Shown in pieces: positions 32,234 through 41,295 of a stretch of DNA of 64,000 nucleotides. Position numbers and translations under genes: made by a program. Each line of letters starts with the position of its first letter. The first letter of the stretch is position 1. Under the pieces are notes generated by a model. It did not search any database. It was not told the DNA's origin and saw only the letters and a program-made list of their open reading frames with translations. This DNA comes from Nitrospirota bacterium (GTDB lineage: Bacteria > Nitrospirota > JACRHJ01): NCBI GenBank assembly GCA_021784575.1, contig JAJYHX010000001.1, forward strand, positions 23,280 to 87,279, in the 5' to 3' direction.

Positions 32234-32548
32234 TTATTTTGCCTTATATTCCTGAATAATTGCGGCCTTAACAGCATCCTGGGCCGACTTTATAGGGGGA
32301 GTATGAAGGACGGCGAAAAACCGCCTTTTTGAACTTCCCTCAATAGGCGAAGACCAAGCATAGCATTTCTTGGCAAGCGGATTGCCCTTGATATTAAACA
32401 CGTGGACAATCCCTTGCCATACAACCTTATCTTGAAAGGTTTCTGAGACGTAAACCGTATCTGCCAGCTTCGCAGTGCATCCGTGCATCCGCTCAACGGC
32501 TTCTTTTAACTGGTCTATGTTTTCGGTCATTTTGGGAATATAGGCCAA
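32234..32548 (-). CDS. Hypothetical protein (104 aa), last gene of the RHH / DUF262-DUF1524 operon.
   Basis: The ORF overlaps the end of the upstream nuclease gene. No recognisable motif, and low-GC codon usage like its neighbours. Confidence 0.4.
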   Translation of the reverse strand: MAYIPKMTENIDQLKEAVERMHGCTAKLADTVYVSETFQDKVVWQGIVHVFNIKGNPLAKKCYAWSSPIEGSSKRRFFAVLHTPPIKSAQDAVKAAIIQEYKAK

Positions 32549-34236
32549 GTTTCAATCGCCAATTTTGCCAAGTTTTTTTGCCTGTCTGTTATTTGTTCAA
32601 CGTCCCACTTATCGTAACTTGCCACCTCGGACGTGAGTAGAAAGGCTGACTCTTTTAAGACCTTTTTCTTTTCCGTAAAGGGACTATTGCCAATCATTGA
32701 GTTCTTTTTCGCCTGGAGAATAACCATATTTCCGATTCTGTTGTAATATGCCCCTGCTGTTTCAGGGTCAATTCCGGGCCATTCGTTCTTAGGGTTTTCC
32801 GGCAAAATATGCTCAAGGTTTATTACGTTTTCTTCATCGGACGGCACAAACTCAGGCTCAGGGTCGTTTTTCTTTTTTAATTCCAAGGCGCGGAGATAAT
32901 AACGTGCCCGGAACACCTGGGAAATGCGAGCATCGGCAAAGGCTGCCTCAAACATTGCATCACTCGGTACGACCTCAGACATAGCATTAGCAAGTTGTTT
33001 TGCGGTCTTTACCGTACCGCTCGCTACTTCTTGTGCCCGAAGAGCATAGTTGCGGTCAAGCAATCCACCACGCCCTCCGACAAAAAGAAATCTGACAGAC
33101 CAAAATAGAAGCATCCGAAAAGCCAGGCGTCCTTCCTCTACGGAAAAATGGCGCGATACCGCAAACAACAACGGGATAATCTGTAATACCCGAATATCCC
33201 GGTTTAAAGTGGAAATGTTTTTCCGTGTAGTTGTGCCGTATTCGTTCCATTTCTTATGGTCAGAGTTGAAAAGCGCAGCATAATCATTCGCTCCCTCCGC
33301 AAGCTCTTCCAAAAATTCGAGAGAACGGTTTTGATTGTTTACAAGCTGCTTGATTTTATCGAAAATCTCGCGTTCCTTTGTAGGCCCATATTTTGTAATT
33401 AAAAGGTGATGTAAATATGAAACCGTAGTGTCTTCTCTTTCTAAGGATTCCAGTATACCCATCATTTGGGCCCATTTTTGCTGAGCTTCTCTTATGCGGT
33501 CACCGGAATAACCGAGAAGATGATTTTTAAGCAAATCCGCCTGGGATGCTTTAAGCCCTCTATCGTTAAGAGTTTCAAACATTAAAAAAGCGTTTAAATG
33601 GTCGGGCACTCGCAATAAAATTACCTGTGCGCCAGAACGAATAAAGCGAATCCATTCAAGAAGTCGTGCGGTCTTGAGGGGTTCTTTTTGGCCAAAAGGA
33701 TCAAGAAGCTCCTGAATATATTTTGCCGCAATGTCAGATGCGGTTGTTATTCTCTTATGGGAATCCTTGGTTGGTTTTACTTTTCTGTCGGGACTGTCGG
33801 GAGAGGAGAGAATAAATTTTCGGAAAAAATCGTTATCGTCAACATTCAAGCGAAGCTGCGGGACAATATCTGTCGTTTCAATATCGGTTTTCAGCAGAAA
33901 CTCCTGTTCAATAGGAGTGGCCCTTAACTTATCTCCACTATTGAAAAAATAATCTCGGATTGCCGCTATAAGTATAGCGGTTGTAGCAAGGCGTTGTTGG
34001 CCGTCGGAAACTTCCGGTATATCCCCTTCGCCTCTCGTCAATACGATAGTTCCTAAAAAATAACTTCCCTTGTTGGCCGCTATAGCGTTAGCAAAATCGG
34101 TGAATAAATCCCTGACATGCCCTTCTTCCCACGAATATTCTCTTTGGTTAAGCGGCACGGCAAGACGGTTTTGTGCCAACACATCACCAATTCCCCTGTG
34201 TTCAAACCCGATTTCTTCAGCTGGCTGTTTTGCCAT
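32527..34236 (-). CDS. DUF262 (ParB-like, DGQQR) plus DUF1524 (His-Me/HNH-like) two-domain nuclease, i.e. GmrSD-family type IV restriction-like enzyme.
   Basis: N-terminal 'VSDGQQRLATTAILIAAI' (DUF262 DGQQR motif). C-terminal 'NLEHILPENPKNEWPG...YYNRIGNMVILQAKKNSMIGNSPF' (DUF1524-type His-Me finger). The gene is about 45% GC against a much higher GC in the surrounding genome. Confidence 0.8.
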   Translation of the reverse strand: MAKQPAEEIGFEHRGIGDVLAQNRLAVPLNQREYSWEEGHVRDLFTDFANAIAANKGSYFLGTIVLTRGEGDIPEVSDGQQRLATTAILIAAIRDYFFNSGDKLRATPIEQEFLLKTDIETTDIVPQLRLNVDDNDFFRKFILSSPDSPDRKVKPTKDSHKRITTASDIAAKYIQELLDPFGQKEPLKTARLLEWIRFIRSGAQVILLRVPDHLNAFLMFETLNDRGLKASQADLLKNHLLGYSGDRIREAQQKWAQMMGILESLEREDTTVSYLHHLLITKYGPTKEREIFDKIKQLVNNQNRSLEFLEELAEGANDYAALFNSDHKKWNEYGTTTRKNISTLNRDIRVLQIIPLLFAVSRHFSVEEGRLAFRMLLFWSVRFLFVGGRGGLLDRNYALRAQEVASGTVKTAKQLANAMSEVVPSDAMFEAAFADARISQVFRARYYLRALELKKKNDPEPEFVPSDEENVINLEHILPENPKNEWPGIDPETAGAYYNRIGNMVILQAKKNSMIGNSPFTEKKKVLKESAFLLTSEVASYDKWDVEQITDRQKNLAKLAIETWPIFPK

Positions 34237-34237
34237 T

Positions 34238-34423
34238 TTAGTCTCTCTTCGTTTGCAGGAAGGCCACTGGAATAGATGCCTCTTCCAACTCTTTTACGGC
34301 TGCCCGTCGTAACCGCTCTCTCGCCCACATAGACAAGGGTAGCCCTGTTATCTTCGCGGCTTGCTGGAAAGCTTCTTTTTCCTCTGGTTCAAGCATTATT
34401 AAAAAGGATTTCGTTTTTGCCAT
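34238..34423 (-). CDS. Ribbon-helix-helix (CopG/antitoxin-like) small DNA-binding protein, first gene of the operon.
   Basis: 'MAKTKSFLIMLEPEEKEAFQQAAKITGLPLSMWARERLRRAA' has the typical RHH antitoxin/regulator pattern. Its stop abuts the nuclease start. Confidence 0.5.
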   Translation of the reverse strand: MAKTKSFLIMLEPEEKEAFQQAAKITGLPLSMWARERLRRAAVKELEEASIPVAFLQTKRD

Positions 34424-34429
34424 TAGATA

Positions 34430-35470
34430 TATCTCTCCTTCCTGTTTTTGAAAATATATATCAAGTCTAATTAAATGTCAACCCCTATTTTAAAAAATAC
34501 ATCTATTAGATATATAAAAATCATTTTCTTATTGACATATATATCGACTCAATATATACTTTAAACAATCGAAAGGAGAAATCACGATGAACAGGTTATC
34601 TACCGAGAGGCAGGCACAGATTATAGGCGGTTTAGTGGAGGGTAATTCTATCCGCTCCATTGAACGCATGACGGGCACTCACCGCGATACAATAATGCGG
34701 CTCACGCTTAACGTCGGGGAAAAGTGCTCACGGATTATGGATGAACAAATGCGTAACTTGAATTGTGATAGGATTCAGGTTGACGAGATATGGACATACG
34801 TCCAGAAGAAGCAGAGGCGAGTTATTCCCGGTCTCGACGACCCAGGCCGTGTAGGAGACCAGTGGACGTTTGTTGCGCTCGACCCCGACACAAAGCTTGT
34901 GCCGACATATCTAATCGGCAAGAGGGATTTGGAGACGGCAACGGCTTTCATGGTTGACCTTTCAGAGCGATTAGCTAACAGGGTGCAAATATCTTCTGAT
35001 GCGCTCAGGGCATATATTGAAGCAACGGAAAGGGCCTTTGGTGCGGATGTTGATTACGGCCAAATAGTTAAAGTCTATGAAGCTGAACCAGCGGGAGCCG
35101 GAAGGTATAGCCCGCCCGAAGTTATTAAGACCGAGAAGTCAACCATCATCGGCAGACCCGACAAGGGCCATATATCTACAAGCCTTGTTGAACGGCAGAA
35201 TTTGACGATGAGAATGAGCATGAGAAGATTCACTCGTCTAACTAATGCTTTCAGCAAGAAGATAGAGAATTTGCGCGCGGCGGTCGCACTCCACTTTGCC
35301 TATTATAATTTCGTCAGGGTGCATCGGGCGTTGAGGATTACCCCTGCTATGGCGGCTGGCGTTACAAATCAAATCTGGTGCGTGGAGGACTTATTAGCAA
35401 ATTAGGACACTACCGCCTGAATACTATTCTTGACTTTTCCCGTTTTTTGGAAGATAATACTTTTTTTGCA
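34430..35470 (+). mobile_element. IS1-family-like insertion sequence (ends not defined) in a strongly AT-rich patch.
   Basis: The transposase CDS at 34587-35405 is flanked by AT-rich sequence of roughly 25-30% GC. A sigma70-like promoter (TTGACA-N17-TATACT) lies at about 34541-34569. Inverted repeats could not be assigned confidently. Confidence 0.55.
34587..35405 (+). CDS. IS1-family transposase (single ORF with an N-terminal HTH and a DDE domain).
   Basis: 'IQVDEIWTYV', 'WTFVALDPDTKLVPTYLIGKRD', and a C-terminal 'LVERQNLTMRMSMRRFTRLTNAFSKKIENL' resembling the IS1 InsB '[25 protein letters not shown]'. Confidence 0.7.
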   Translation: MNRLSTERQAQIIGGLVEGNSIRSIERMTGTHRDTIMRLTLNVGEKCSRIMDEQMRNLNCDRIQVDEIWTYVQKKQRRVIPGLDDPGRVGDQWTFVALDPDTKLVPTYLIGKRDLETATAFMVDLSERLANRVQISSDALRAYIEATERAFGADVDYGQIVKVYEAEPAGAGRYSPPEVIKTEKSTIIGRPDKGHISTSLVERQNLTMRMSMRRFTRLTNAFSKKIENLRAAVALHFAYYNFVRVHRALRITPAMAAGVTNQIWCVEDLLAN

Positions 35471-35498
35471 AATCTAACAAACAATAACGGAGAATACC

Positions 35499-35633
35499 AT
35501 GAGCATAACATATCAGCCAAGCAAGCTCAAAATGAAACACACCCACGGGTTCAGGAGCAGAATAGCCACCGCCGCCGGGAGACTCGTCCTGAAGCGCAGG
35601 CGCGCCAAGGGCCGCAAAAAGCTGACACCGTAG
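35499..35633 (+). CDS. rpmH: 50S ribosomal protein L34.
   Basis: Not in the ORF track because it is only 44 aa. '[44 protein letters not shown]'. Confidence 0.9.
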   Translation: MSITYQPSKLKMKHTHGFRSRIATAAGRLVLKRRRAKGRKKLTP

Positions 35634-35653
35634 GGATCCCCCTTTCTTCCTGG

Positions 35654-35685
35654 TTACTTTTCTTTTCTCACGGAAAAAAAGTAAC
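35654..35685. repeat. Degenerate copy of the palindromic hairpin repeat, between rpmH and rnpA.
   Basis: GTTACTTTTCTTTTC-tcac-GAAAAAAAGTAAC. Confidence 0.6.
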
Positions 35686-35694
35686 GGTTTAATT

Positions 35695-36198
35695 ATGCCT
35701 TTTTCTTTAGACAAATCCTGCCGGATAAGAAGAAGCTCCGATTACAAGCGGGTGTATGATGAAGGCGTCAGGGTTTCCGGTAAATTTGTCATAGCGGTAA
35801 TCAGGCTGTCGGGAGAGCCTTTAAGGGTTGGTATAACCGTCAGCCGCAAGGTTGGAGGAGCATGTGTCCGGAATCTTGTCAAGCGCAGGATACGCGAGGC
35901 GGTGCGCTTGGAGTTTGACCCGGCCCTGTCCGGCTGGGACGTGGTCCTTGTCGCAAGAGGGCGGGTTGGACAAAAGGGGCAGGAGAAGCCGGGTAGTTTA
36001 AACGGGCCGGGAGGGAGAAAAAGGCCCGGCGGCGCTGCCGGGCCGGACGCGGCGATAAAATCGAGAGGCATAAAGAAGACAGCGTCCAATTTTCCTTCAT
36101 TTTCCGGGATAGTAGAGGATATAAGGCGGGTGACCGGGAGACTCTCCGGGATACAAGGTAAGCGGCCCGCGTGCGATTTCGGGATAAAAGGCAAGTGA
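35695..36198 (+). CDS. rnpA: RNase P protein component with an unusually long low-complexity C-terminus.
   Basis: '[15 protein letters not shown]', '[26 protein letters not shown]', 'WDVVLVAR'. The stop overlaps the yidD ATG as TGATG. Confidence 0.75.
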   Translation: MPFSLDKSCRIRRSSDYKRVYDEGVRVSGKFVIAVIRLSGEPLRVGITVSRKVGGACVRNLVKRRIREAVRLEFDPALSGWDVVLVARGRVGQKGQEKPGSLNGPGGRKRPGGAAGPDAAIKSRGIKKTASNFPSFSGIVEDIRRVTGRLSGIQGKRPACDFGIKGK

Positions 36199-36410
36199 TG
36201 ATGAAGTGGATATTTATCGGTTTAATAAAGCTCTATCAGGCGGTAGTATCGCCGATAATCCCTCCGCGTTGCCGTTTCTATCCGTCGTGCTCCGAATACT
36301 CTCTTGCCGCGCTTAAAAAACACGGTCTTTTCAAAGGCTTGTTCCTGACAGTAAAAAGACTGCTTAAATGCCATCCGCTCCATCCGGGCGGATATGACCC
36401 AGTGCCGTAA
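36198..36410 (+). CDS. yidD: Membrane protein insertion efficiency factor YidD.
   Basis: '[62 protein letters not shown]'. Confidence 0.85.
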   Translation: MMKWIFIGLIKLYQAVVSPIIPPRCRFYPSCSEYSLAALKKHGLFKGLFLTVKRLLKCHPLHPGGYDPVP

Positions 36411-36417
36411 GACCGCC

Positions 36418-36511
36418 GCTTTCTTTTCTCGTGAAAAGAAAGCAACACAAAGAAAAGCGAAACTGCCGGATTTTTTTTGGTTACTTTTCTTTCTCCCGAA
36501 AGAAAAGCGAC
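36418..36511. repeat. Composite palindromic repeat element in the yidD-yidC spacer, consisting of two hairpins.
   Basis: Hairpin 1 is GCTTTCTTTTC-tcgt-GAAAAGAAAGC (a perfect 11-bp stem). A spacer then contains CAAAGAAAAGC. Hairpin 2 is GTTACTTTTCTTTC-tccc-GAAAGAAAAGCGAC. The architecture matches the dnaN-dnaA copy. Confidence 0.75.
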
Positions 36512-36522
36512 AAAGGATTTAA

Positions 36523-38130
36523 ATGGAAAAGAATGTAATAATAGCGATAATACTCTCCGCGGTTGTGCTTATAGGGTATAGTTATATTTTCCCGCCATTC
36601 AAGGCCGCGCCACAGGCAAAGACGCCGTTAACCGCGCAAACCGGGCCCAGGGCAATAAAAACAGGGCAGGCCGCCCCGCCACCGGCTGCCGCCCCGCCCG
36701 TGGTCTCTCTCCTAAAGGTCTCGGGCGCGCCGATAAAAGACATAACCATCAATACATCCCTTTATTCCGCCGTCATAACCACCGAAGGCGGAACCATAAA
36801 AAGCTTCAAGCTGAAAAAATACCCGGACGCAGAGGGAAAGCCGCTTGAGATGGTCCAGCCGGGCGAGAATATCATGCCGCTTACGCTCGTGCCCGCGGGA
36901 GCCACGCCTGCCCAGGCCGAGGGCGTGATTTATTCCGCCGACAAGGATACGCTCACCCTTGCAAACGGCGCAAGCGGCACGCTTACTCTTACGGCCCGGG
37001 GGCAGGACGGAAAGAGCCTGTCAAAGACGCTTACCTTTAAGGATGGAACCTACCTTATAGACGGCTCGTTTGAGCTTGACGGCTATCCTTCCGCAGTCAT
37101 GTATATGGGGAGCGGCTTCGGGAATCCGGAGGAAGGCCCGTCTGAGAGCAAGGTCGGGAAGAGATACGGCTATGCCGGGCCTATGGCGCTGGTGGACGGC
37201 AACCGATACCCGAAGACGGGCCTTTTCCACTGGCTCGGAATAAAGCTTGGACTGGAGAAACCGGAAGGACCGGTTAAAGAATACGCGGGCAAAAAAGGCT
37301 GGGCGGCGGTGATGAACACGTATTTCATGGCAGCCGTCGTGCCTGCGGGGCCGATAAAGGCAATACTTGGCCAGGGGGCGTCGGAGAAGGACATAGCCGG
37401 CATACAGTCCGCGGGGCCGTTGGAGAAGTTCACGCTTTACATAGGGCCGAAAGAGTATGACCGCCTGAAGGCCGCGGATAACGGGCTTGAGCGGGCGATA
37501 GATTACGGCTGGTTCGCCTTTATCGCGAAACCGCTCTTCGTCGCGCTTAAGTTCTTCTACAAGATAGTTGGCAACTGGGGTTGGGCCATTGTCGTGCTTA
37601 CGGTGGTCATAAAACTCTTCTTCGCGCCGCTTACGCACAAGAGCCAGAAGTCCATAAAGCGTATGCAGAAGCTCCAGCCGCTTTTCGCGGAGCTTAAGGA
37701 GAAATACAAGGGAGACCCTGCAAAGCTCAACAAGGAAATGATGGAGCTATACAAGAAGCACAAGGTTAACCCTATGAGCGGGTGTCTTCCCATGCTCATC
37801 CAGATACCCGTCTTCATAGCGCTGTACAGGGTGCTTGGCAACGCAATCGAGCTTCGGCACGCGCCGTTTATTTTCTGGCTGCACGACCTCTCCGCGAAAG
37901 ACCCCTACTACGTGCTCCCGATAGTCATGGGATTATCGATGCTGGCGATGCAGAAGATGACCCCGACATCCATGGACCCGAAACAGAACATGATCATGAT
38001 GCTAATGCCGGTTATGATGACGTTCTTTTTCATCAACCTGCCGTCGGGGCTTGTGCTCTATTTCACCGTGAGCAACCTGCTCTCCATGGCGCAGCAGTTC
38101 TACATAAACAGATATTCGAGCGATAACTGA
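36523..38130 (+). CDS. yidC: Membrane protein insertase YidC.
   Basis: N-terminal transmembrane segment, a large periplasmic domain, and the conserved C-terminal 5-TM core 'WGWAIVVLTVVIKLFFAPLT', 'MQKLQP...KEK', 'NPMSGCLPMLIQIPVFIALY'. Confidence 0.9.
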   Translation: MEKNVIIAIILSAVVLIGYSYIFPPFKAAPQAKTPLTAQTGPRAIKTGQAAPPPAAAPPVVSLLKVSGAPIKDITINTSLYSAVITTEGGTIKSFKLKKYPDAEGKPLEMVQPGENIMPLTLVPAGATPAQAEGVIYSADKDTLTLANGASGTLTLTARGQDGKSLSKTLTFKDGTYLIDGSFELDGYPSAVMYMGSGFGNPEEGPSESKVGKRYGYAGPMALVDGNRYPKTGLFHWLGIKLGLEKPEGPVKEYAGKKGWAAVMNTYFMAAVVPAGPIKAILGQGASEKDIAGIQSAGPLEKFTLYIGPKEYDRLKAADNGLERAIDYGWFAFIAKPLFVALKFFYKIVGNWGWAIVVLTVVIKLFFAPLTHKSQKSIKRMQKLQPLFAELKEKYKGDPAKLNKEMMELYKKHKVNPMSGCLPMLIQIPVFIALYRVLGNAIELRHAPFIFWLHDLSAKDPYYVLPIVMGLSMLAMQKMTPTSMDPKQNMIMMLMPVMMTFFFINLPSGLVLYFTVSNLLSMAQQFYINRYSSDN

Positions 38131-38183
38131 GGATTTGGTTTTCGGCTCGCTTCAATATTCGCGGTTTTCCAGGAATAAAATCT

Positions 38184-39710
38184 ATGGACCGGACAAGCCT
38201 GCCCGAAGCCTGTCAGGGATGGCAGCAGATACAGGATGCTCTCTCCCGCCTGACGGGGCTGGAATTCGCGCTGTATAACGGCGAGGGCATGCCGGTCGGG
38301 ATGGCGAGCGGGGAGTCACCGTTCTGCCGCAGCATCAGGAGGGGCGGGACGGACGGAACCTTCTGCGAATCCCGGTGTGGAAGGCGCATCAGAGAGGCCG
38401 CCGGAGGAGAAGACGTCGTCAGCTTCAAGTGCGATTCCGGCCAGAACATATTCCTTATACCCGTGAGCCAGGGAGATTCAAGGCTTGTGATTTCCGGCGG
38501 GAAGACCTTTTCCGGCCGCGATGACTACAAAAAGGCGATACGAATGATAAAGGCCGCCGGCGGCAAGGTGTCCCTTACCGGCAGGCACCGGTATCGCTTC
38601 ATCGGCAAAAGAAGGCTTGCGGATGTGGTGGAGCTGGTGAGGAACACTGCACGCCAGCATTTCAATTTATCCCTTCAAAAATCCGCCTATCAGCTAAGGT
38701 ATAGCCGCCAGGCCGCACTTCTCGAAAGCGCGGGCCTGCTATACGGAGAACACGTCCTGTCGGATATTGCCGGGACGCTTCTGCGTTCCGTGGTTACGCT
38801 CTTCGACGCCGATACCGCCTCGCTGATATTTTACGGCGAGGAGGACGCCTTTCCGCAGGCGCATTATATCGCGGGCGAGCAGGCCGAAGCCGTCCGAAAG
38901 GCCGGCGAGACGCTCGAAAAGGGAGTCCTGGCCGTCCTCGGCGATTCCGGGGGCGAACATGTGCCTGTAAAGCAGGCGGGGAAGGTTGCCGCCCTGGGGC
39001 TGCCTGGCGAGATGGCGCCCATTCTGATTGTGCCCCTGAGGCGTTCCAGACATGTCCTGGGCGCCCTTTGCCTTTACGGCGCGGACCTCAGGGTGGAAGA
39101 TCTCCCGGCGCTCAGGACATACGTCGCCCAGTGCGCGGCCGTAATGGAGAATCAGAGGCTTCGGGTGCGGCTTGAGGATAAGGTCGAAAAGCTGCGGACG
39201 CTCGTCGGCATAGGCGCGCGTATGAACGAACTCAAGGACCGGGGCGAGCTTGTAAACTTCATATTCGAGCAGTCCGCGGAGCTTCTTCAGGCGGAACGCG
39301 GCTCCCTCATGCTGCTAAACCACAAGACGGACGAGCTGATTGTTGAGGTCTCGCGCGGCCTGTCGGAAGAGATGGGCAGGAATCTTAGGATAAAACCGGG
39401 GCAGGGGATAGCGGGCAGGGTGGCAAAAGACGGCGCGCCGATGGTCGTGGACGATCTCGAAAAGACGCTCGCCATTTCCAAGCGGCCCGATTACCGCACA
39501 AAGTCCTTCATAAGCCTGCCGCTTAAGTCGGAAGGCCGGGTGATAGGGGTAATAAACCTGTCGGACAAGTTTTCCGGGAACGTCTTCTCGCATGAAGACC
39601 TGGAGCTTATAGCCGGGCTTATCTCGCAGGCGTCCGCCGCCCTCGAGAAGGCGCGTCTTGCGCTGTCGCTGGAGGAGCTTAAAAAGGCGCTGGAGAGCCG
39701 GGGAACGTGA
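38184..39710 (+). CDS. Sensor-domain protein: PocR-like N-terminal domain plus two GAF domains, with no recognisable output domain.
   Basis: PocR-like 'FCRSIR...GTFCESRC....FKCDSGQNIFLIPVSQGDSRLVISGGK'. GAF-like segments, e.g. 'LQAERGSLMLLNHKTDELIVEVSRGL....IKPGQGIAGRVAKDGAPMVVDDL'. Confidence 0.55.
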   Translation: MDRTSLPEACQGWQQIQDALSRLTGLEFALYNGEGMPVGMASGESPFCRSIRRGGTDGTFCESRCGRRIREAAGGEDVVSFKCDSGQNIFLIPVSQGDSRLVISGGKTFSGRDDYKKAIRMIKAAGGKVSLTGRHRYRFIGKRRLADVVELVRNTARQHFNLSLQKSAYQLRYSRQAALLESAGLLYGEHVLSDIAGTLLRSVVTLFDADTASLIFYGEEDAFPQAHYIAGEQAEAVRKAGETLEKGVLAVLGDSGGEHVPVKQAGKVAALGLPGEMAPILIVPLRRSRHVLGALCLYGADLRVEDLPALRTYVAQCAAVMENQRLRVRLEDKVEKLRTLVGIGARMNELKDRGELVNFIFEQSAELLQAERGSLMLLNHKTDELIVEVSRGLSEEMGRNLRIKPGQGIAGRVAKDGAPMVVDDLEKTLAISKRPDYRTKSFISLPLKSEGRVIGVINLSDKFSGNVFSHEDLELIAGLISQASAALEKARLALSLEELKKALESRGT

Positions 39711-39746
39711 AGGCGGATTTTCCGCCCCGCCGCCGGCCAGATTTTT

Positions 39747-41147
39747 ATGTTAAACGAAAAAGACACAATAGCCGCCATCTCCACGCCGCCGGGTTTCGGC
39801 GGGATAGGGATAATCCGTATCTCCGGAACCGGTGCGGTGGGGATATTGGGTAAAATATTCCTGTCAAATGCGGGAGAAGTGGCGAATAATTTCCAGCCGC
39901 ACCGCCTTTATTACGGTAAAGTGGTAAATCCTGAAACCGGCGGGCAGGTGGACGAGGCCCTGGCCGTAATAATGCGGGCGCCGAAGACTTACACCCGAGA
40001 GGATGTGGCCGAGATTAACTGTCACGGCGGCCCCGCGGCGGTAAGGAAGACGCTGGAGCTTGCCGTCCGGGCGGGAGCGCGCATAGCCGCGCCGGGCGAG
40101 TTTACGAAGCGGGCGTTTTTAAACGGCAGGATAGACCTCACCCAGGCCGAGGCGGTTATGGACATAATATCCGCGCAGACGGAGCTTGGCCGCCAGGCGG
40201 CGGTAAAGCAGCTCTCCGGGGGGCTGCGGGATAAAATCGTGGACATCCGGGCCGCCCTGACGGAGCTTCTCGCCCTGACGGAGCTGTCCATAGACTTTCC
40301 GGAGGAAGAGGTGGACTATATCCCCGCCGAAGGACTGAGAGACAGGGGAGTCCGCATCCGGGAGAGCATAAAACAACTCCTTTCGACGTTCGACGAGGGG
40401 CGTATCCTCCGGGAAGGCTTAAGGCTCGCCATCGTGGGCGCGCCGAACGTGGGGAAGTCAAGCCTTTTGAATGCCCTTTCCGGGAGCGAGCGAGCGATTG
40501 TCACGGAGGTTCCCGGCACGACACGCGATACCGTGGAGGAGACGATAAACATGGGCGGCGTGCCCGTCCGGGTAATCGACACCGCCGGGATACGCAAGAG
40601 CGACTGCCCGGTGGAAAAAGAAGGGATCCGGCGCTCGAAGACCGCGATGGAGGAGGCGGACATAGTCCTTCATGTCTATGACGGAAGCAGAAAAATCGAA
40701 GAGCAAGACCCCTTTTCTTTTGGGGAAAAGAAAGGGAGCAAAGAAAACCGTGCTATTTTTGTAATCAACAAGATAGACCTGCCTCAGGAGTTAGAGTCCA
40801 AAGTTATTTGGAGCAGCCTTTCTTTCAAGAAAGGCTGCGAAGTCAGGGTTTCCGCCAGGACCGGCGAAGGCTTGGATGTTTTGACTTCCCGCATCCGGGA
40901 GATGGTTTTCGGGCCGGGGCGGGAGCGAGTGCCGGAGACGGCGATAAACCTCCGGCACAAGACGGCGCTTGAAGAGGCGGACGCCGCGCTTGCGAGGTTC
41001 CAGGACGGCTGCGGCGGGAACCTGTCCTCCGAGTTCCTCGCGCTTGAGCTTCGGGAGGCCCTGGACGCTGTCGGCGAGGTTGTGGGCCGCACAACTCCCG
41101 AAGACGTGCTGAACCTAATATTCAGCAGGTTCTGCATAGGGAAATAA
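39747..41147 (+). CDS. mnmE: tRNA uridine-5-carboxymethylaminomethyl modification GTPase.
   Basis: 'GAPNVGKSSLLNAL', 'DTAGIR', 'NKIDL', and the C-terminal 'CIGK'. Confidence 0.9.
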   Translation: MLNEKDTIAAISTPPGFGGIGIIRISGTGAVGILGKIFLSNAGEVANNFQPHRLYYGKVVNPETGGQVDEALAVIMRAPKTYTREDVAEINCHGGPAAVRKTLELAVRAGARIAAPGEFTKRAFLNGRIDLTQAEAVMDIISAQTELGRQAAVKQLSGGLRDKIVDIRAALTELLALTELSIDFPEEEVDYIPAEGLRDRGVRIRESIKQLLSTFDEGRILREGLRLAIVGAPNVGKSSLLNALSGSERAIVTEVPGTTRDTVEETINMGGVPVRVIDTAGIRKSDCPVEKEGIRRSKTAMEEADIVLHVYDGSRKIEEQDPFSFGEKKGSKENRAIFVINKIDLPQELESKVIWSSLSFKKGCEVRVSARTGEGLDVLTSRIREMVFGPGRERVPETAINLRHKTALEEADAALARFQDGCGGNLSSEFLALELREALDAVGEVVGRTTPEDVLNLIFSRFCIGK

Positions 41148-41295
41148 AACACCTGCCTTAAAGACCTTTCCGCAAACATACCCCACTCGGGCAAGAAACC
41201 GCGCATGATGCCCGGTTTGACGCATTTTGACTTCCGGTTATACTTTTATGTTGATTACCTTCTTTCGGAAATAAACGGCTCGGAGGCCAAAATTT

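Noticed and set aside
34424-34586. Terminal inverted repeats of the IS element.
   Set aside because: Comparison of the left flank with the reverse complement of the right flank gave only short matches (e.g. TCAAG). I cannot define the ends without ISfinder.
35695-36198. Possible frameshift in rnpA explaining its long low-complexity C-terminal tail (167 aa versus ~120).
   Set aside because: Neither alternative plus-strand frame in 35980-36200 is open, and the stop overlaps the yidD start as TGATG. The tail therefore appears genuine, or at least not a simple frameshift.
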